A stretch of DNA of 64,000 nucleotides. Origin: Pedobacter sp. (GTDB taxonomy: Bacteria; Desulfobacterota; Desulfuromonadia; Desulfuromonadales; Syntrophotaleaceae). A program made the translations under genes and the position numbers. Location: positions 608,725 through 672,724 of the forward strand of contig JBFWJC010000002.1 in NCBI GenBank assembly GCA_050253415.1. Reading direction: 5' to 3'. Positions 59,941-64,000 of this stretch are shown here, in pieces. The notes under the pieces are model-generated. The model saw only the letters and a program-made list of their open reading frames with translations. It did not search any database and had not been told where the DNA came from. Position 1 is the first letter of the stretch, and the number at the start of each line of letters is the position of its first letter.

Positions 59941-61053
59941 TCAAAATCGACAGGCAGGTTGGGCGCGGCCGCTACCTTGCCTGGTCATGACAATTTGCCA
60001 TACCTGGAGATCTCTGGCGCGAAACGCCCCTGCGGATGACAGCAGGTAATACTCCCACATGCGCTTGAATCGATCATCGAAGCGGCCCCTCAGCGATGGC
60101 CAGGCCTGCTGAAAATTACGATTCCAGGCCATCAGGGTCTTGTCATAGTGGGGACCCAGATTGTGCCAGTCCTCGATTACGAACAGCCCCTCGGCCGCCT
60201 TGCTGATCTGCGCCGGACCGGGAAGCATGCCGTTGGGGAAGATGTATTTGGTCACCCAGGGGTCGCAGCCCTTGCTGGAGATATTGCTGCCGATGGTATG
60301 TAGCAGAAAGATCCCTTCGTCCTTCAGGCTACGATGCACCACTTTCATATAGGTGGGATAGTTTTTATGCCCGACATGTTCGAACATGCCGACCGACACG
60401 ATCTTGTCGAAGCGTCCGGCAATGGATCGATAATCGCACTCGTGAAAATCTACGGATAGCCCCTTGCAGCGATCACGCGCGTAACGCAGTTGGTGTTTGG
60501 AAATATTGACGGCTGTCACCCGGCAACCGTGGTGCGTCGCCACATAGCGGGCCAAACCACCCCATCCGCAGCCGATATCCAGCACATGGTCCGCCGCCGA
60601 CAGCTGCAATTTCCTGGCGATAAGAGCGAGCTTGTTTTGCTGGGCCTGATCCAGATCGTCTGTTTGTTCGAAGTAACCGCAACTGTATTGCTGGTAATCA
60701 TCCAGAAAGGAAAGAAACAGGTCGTTGCCGACGTTATAGTGGCGTTTTGCGACCATGCGACTGCGCATGCGGGATTGCAGGTTGAACAGCAGACCTGGCA
60801 AAAAACTTAGCAGGTAGCGTAAATTCCCCCTGACTTTGCTGTCCAGGCCGCAGCGCAGCAACCGGTAGAACATTTCGTCCAGCTGTGCACAATCCCACCA
60901 GCCATCCATGTAGGATTCACCCAGCCCCAGATTTTTTTCCCGCCATACCCGTCCAAACCATCGAGAGTCATTGATCTGGATATCCCAAGGATGGGGGCCG
61001 TTAAGCCTGATGCCGGCGGATGCAAGCAGTTCCTGAAGTATTTCGGGTACCAT
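59941..61053 (-). CDS. cfa: Cyclopropane-fatty-acyl-phospholipid synthase
   Basis: 'LGLGESYMDGWW', 'HYNVGNDLF', 'LDIGCGWG', 'SVGMFEHVG', 'YIFPNG'. Confidence 0.95.
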   Translation of the reverse strand: MVPEILQELLASAGIRLNGPHPWDIQINDSRWFGRVWREKNLGLGESYMDGWWDCAQLDEMFYRLLRCGLDSKVRGNLRYLLSFLPGLLFNLQSRMRSRMVAKRHYNVGNDLFLSFLDDYQQYSCGYFEQTDDLDQAQQNKLALIARKLQLSAADHVLDIGCGWGGLARYVATHHGCRVTAVNISKHQLRYARDRCKGLSVDFHECDYRSIAGRFDKIVSVGMFEHVGHKNYPTYMKVVHRSLKDEGIFLLHTIGSNISSKGCDPWVTKYIFPNGMLPGPAQISKAAEGLFVIEDWHNLGPHYDKTLMAWNRNFQQAWPSLRGRFDDRFKRMWEYYLLSSAGAFRARDLQVWQIVMTRQGSGRAQPACRF

Positions 61054-61469
61054 GATCTCTCACTTCATGCGTGGTTGCGGCTGTCCTTTCTAAAGCGACT
61101 TCCACCTTTCCTGTCTGACGTCGTCTTGCACAGACAGTATCTATAAAAGTTATTGAGCCGGTTCGTTTTTGAAGTTTACCACCAAAGCTGGGCCGCATCG
61201 TCCGGATGTTTGTTTTCCGGTCAATGGCAAGGAAGAGATATGCAAATTCCCCAGCACGATTATAGGGCTTTGGATGCATGGAAAAATGAGAATTACGGTA
61301 ATTTTGCCGTCTTTATGTAGCTATTGCTTTTGATTTGTAACAAGATGGGCGGCGTAGTGTTGTAGGAGAACCTTGTGTTCCCCTGAAGTAGAAAACCTGC
61401 CAATCGTGGTTATACTAGCCAAAATAGGCGAAGACAGCGTCGCACATCGATCAACTTACAGGAGGAATC

Positions 61470-62669
61470 ATGCACTTTCCCATTACCGATATCGTAACCT
61501 TTGTAGGGAAAACGGATTGGGAGCTACGCAAGTTCCATGGAGAGGAATATTCCACTCATCGGGGTTCTACCTATAACTCATATTTGGTGCAGGATGAAAA
61601 AACTGCCCTTATCGATACCGTTTGGGCACCCTTCGCCAAGCACTATGTGGAAGAGTTGTTCCAAAAAATCTCTCCAGAAGATATCGACTTTGTCGTAGCC
61701 AATCATGCGGAGAGTGATCACAGCGGTGGTTTGCCGGAATTGATGCGGCATCTTCCCGGCAAACCAATCTACTGCACTGCAAATGCCGTTAAATCCTTAA
61801 AAGGTCATTACCATGCCGACTGGAACTTCCAGGTCGTCAAGACCGGAGACCGTCTGAGTCTCGGGCAACGAGAACTGATTTTCATTGAGGCGCCGATGCT
61901 GCATTGGCCCGATAGCATGTTCTGCTATCTGACCGGAGAGGATATTCTTTTTTCCAACGATGCCTTCGGGCAGCACCTGGCATCCGAGGATCTCTACAAC
62001 GATCGGGTCGATCCCTGTGAGCTGTGGGCGGAATGCATCAAATATTACGCCAACATCCTCACGCCTTTCAGTCCCCTGGTTTTGAAGAAGATACAACAAT
62101 TCGCCGGTCTTGATTTGCCGCTGAAGATGATCTGTCCCAGCCACGGAGTGATTTGGCGGGATAACCCCATGCAGATTGTCGAAAAATATCTGCAATGGGC
62201 CGACAATTATCAAGAGGATCAGATAACCCTTCTTTACGACACCATGTGGAACGGTACCCGTACCATGGCCGAGGCGATGGCGGCAGGAATCCACCAGGCT
62301 TCTCCGGATACGACAGTCAAGATTTTTAATTGTGCCCGGTCTGACAAAAACGATGTCATCACCGAAGTGTTTAAATCAAAGGCGATTCTGGTCGGATCTC
62401 CTACCATCAACCAGGGCATCCTTTCTGCGATGGCGGCTATTTTGGAAGAAATCCGCGGTCTGAAGTTTCGCGGCAAAAAGGCGGCAGCCTTTGGCGCCTA
62501 TGGATGGAGCGGCGAGGGTATCGGAATGATCGGCGACAAACTCAGTGAGGCCGGATTTGAACTGGTCAACAGTGGCTTGCGCCAGTTATGGGCTCCAGAC
62601 AGCGAAGCACTGCAACAATGTGCAGCGTTTGGCAAGGAATTCGTCGATCAAATCGGCCAGGTTCAGTAA
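61470..62669 (+). CDS. fprA: Flavodiiron protein (class A, metallo-beta-lactamase + flavodoxin)
   Basis: 'HAESDHSG', 'HWPDS', 'SNDAFGQH', 'PSHG', 'YDTMWNGT', 'FGAYGWSG'; no rubredoxin domain. Confidence 0.9.
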   Translation: MHFPITDIVTFVGKTDWELRKFHGEEYSTHRGSTYNSYLVQDEKTALIDTVWAPFAKHYVEELFQKISPEDIDFVVANHAESDHSGGLPELMRHLPGKPIYCTANAVKSLKGHYHADWNFQVVKTGDRLSLGQRELIFIEAPMLHWPDSMFCYLTGEDILFSNDAFGQHLASEDLYNDRVDPCELWAECIKYYANILTPFSPLVLKKIQQFAGLDLPLKMICPSHGVIWRDNPMQIVEKYLQWADNYQEDQITLLYDTMWNGTRTMAEAMAAGIHQASPDTTVKIFNCARSDKNDVITEVFKSKAILVGSPTINQGILSAMAAILEEIRGLKFRGKKAAAFGAYGWSGEGIGMIGDKLSEAGFELVNSGLRQLWAPDSEALQQCAAFGKEFVDQIGQVQ

Positions 62670-62843
62670 TGGACCGCACCGTGCTCTCAACCAGATGACA
62701 CTTGCAGCGTATATCCGTCGGCAGGTGTAAAGCCGTCGCCATGGGTCTGTCGGATTGTATGGGCCGAATTTGCAGCCGGCTCATGGATAGTCCGACAGAC
62801 TCCTGGTAGTCGTGAATTATGGGCAGGTTGAATCAAGCGGATA

Positions 62844-63125
62844 TCAGGGATGTTGTATTTTACCGATGGCGGGTTCGCCAAATGGTGAGTGGGGCTGCCG
62901 GGAGTTTTCCAGAAAGTACGTCAGCAGATTTTTAGCCGTCTTGCGGGCGCCGGGAAATGATCCGAGTATCATTCCGGTAGCAAAAGCGGCAAACAGACAG
63001 GCTTTGGGCGATTGACGTGAAATCTCCAGAGCGGAAGTCAGCCACAACGGTTCTCCCGCGGCCGTCAACCGGAGCTTTGCTTTGGCCTCGCGGACGTTTA
63101 GCGAAGCATTCTGCGTGCGTGGCAT
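62844..63125 (-). CDS. Small hypothetical membrane protein (YqjK-like position)
   Basis: Overlaps the upstream gene; one hydrophobic segment 'ACLFAAFATGMILG'. Confidence 0.5.
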   Translation of the reverse strand: MPRTQNASLNVREAKAKLRLTAAGEPLWLTSALEISRQSPKACLFAAFATGMILGSFPGARKTAKNLLTYFLENSRQPHSPFGEPAIGKIQHP

Positions 63126-63376
63126 AAAAATGCTCCTGCAGTGAGAATGAGGGTCAACGCGCAGAGCGAAAGGGCTCCCGGCTGTTCCATAACCCTTATC
63201 AGAATGAGGTAAAACGCCCACATCAAAAGCCCCAGCGCACTGAGAGTTATCAACATGGCGGCGAGTCCGATCATAAGCACCGCGCCAAGTACCACGATGC
63301 CCCGCCGTGCCGATATAGCCTCAGCCTCAACCAGATCCATAAAAGCAATTAAAAAATCGGCGATGGATTTTAGCAT
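63098..63376 (-). CDS. Small two-TM membrane protein (YqjE-like)
   Basis: 'MDLVEAE' followed by hydrophobic helices; directly after the DUF883-like gene. Confidence 0.6.
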   Translation of the reverse strand: MLKSIADFLIAFMDLVEAEAISARRGIVVLGAVLMIGLAAMLITLSALGLLMWAFYLILIRVMEQPGALSLCALTLILTAGAFLCHARRMLR

Positions 63377-63380
63377 GAGC

Positions 63381-63695
63381 CTACTTGCGCGATACCAGCC
63401 AGCCAACAATAAAACCAATGCCGCCTGCAGTCAGAATAGATGTCAGAGGATTTTCTTCGATCTTTTTTTCGACCTTGCCGATGGTTTCCTGTCCGTGCTG
63501 TTTGATCCCGGTGGCAGAGTCCTGAAGACGGGAAAGAAGTTTCTGGGTTTCCGCTTCAAGCTTTTGTCGGGCTGCATTAACCATCTCACTGGTAAGATCC
63601 TTGCTGTCGTCTTTAAGTTTGATCGTATCCGCCTGCAATTGTTTTAAGTCCTTGCGGATGGCTTCAAGTTCCTTTTGAACAGCGCTCTCATTCAT
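63381..63695 (-). CDS. DUF883/ElaB/YqjD-family tail-anchored protein
   Basis: Coiled-coil plus 'IEENPLTSIL.AGGIGFIVGWL..RK'. Confidence 0.82.
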   Translation of the reverse strand: MNESAVQKELEAIRKDLKQLQADTIKLKDDSKDLTSEMVNAARQKLEAETQKLLSRLQDSATGIKQHGQETIGKVEKKIEENPLTSILTAGGIGFIVGWLVSRK

Positions 63696-64000
63696 GGTCA
63701 TGCCTCGTTTTTGTTGGGTTATCTTCAAATATTTTGTTTCGGGATTAATCCATAGACGCTAATTATAAGCTCGGGAAAGAGCATTTAAGGTGCCTTTCCT
63801 TAACTGTAGCAAAAGAAAGAGGCTTGGCAACTCGATGAGCAGGTCCATACTTGGCAGATCTTATTTTGCCTGCAAAAATCGACGAGTAATCTGTTTCATT
63901 GGGTTGGCTTGGCCCGATCTCAGATGCTCAAATATATCTCCATGATCACCTGCATACATAATGGGAGTTGAGTGGATTGACATCCCCTTCTCATATGTTT

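Overview
A 64 kb chromosomal window from an anaerobic deltaproteobacterium, most likely Desulfuromonadales (inferred from an HgtR-like repressor with a sigma54 promoter, an ImcH-like cytochrome, DUF4911 and the ileS-lspA context). About 50 CDSs mix housekeeping genes (ileS, lspA, folD, nhaA, aconitase, mscS, cfa) with accessory modules. No rRNA, tRNA, CRISPR array, transposase or integrase was recognised. The strongest candidate system is a four-gene minus-strand operon (28192-32974): monoheme cytochrome c, ImcH-like heptaheme inner-membrane cytochrome, lipid-anchored MtrA-like octaheme cytochrome with one CX4CH site, and an MtrB-like porin. Together these could form a self-contained quinone-to-surface electron conduit, and a TGTAAA-N6-TTTACA palindrome lies upstream. 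Also notable: a stand-alone cassette of distal flagellar genes (fliD-flgD-TIGR02530-flgE-flgN-flgK-flgL) with no flagellin or basal-body genes; an (AGTGACA)x10.5 microsatellite in the leader of a divergent folD; two 9-nt-periodic inverted-repeat elements bracketing a rhomboid gene; and an MCP with a degenerate signalling tip behind an atypical, sigma54-preceded response regulator. All family assignments come from motif recognition by eye; no searches were run.
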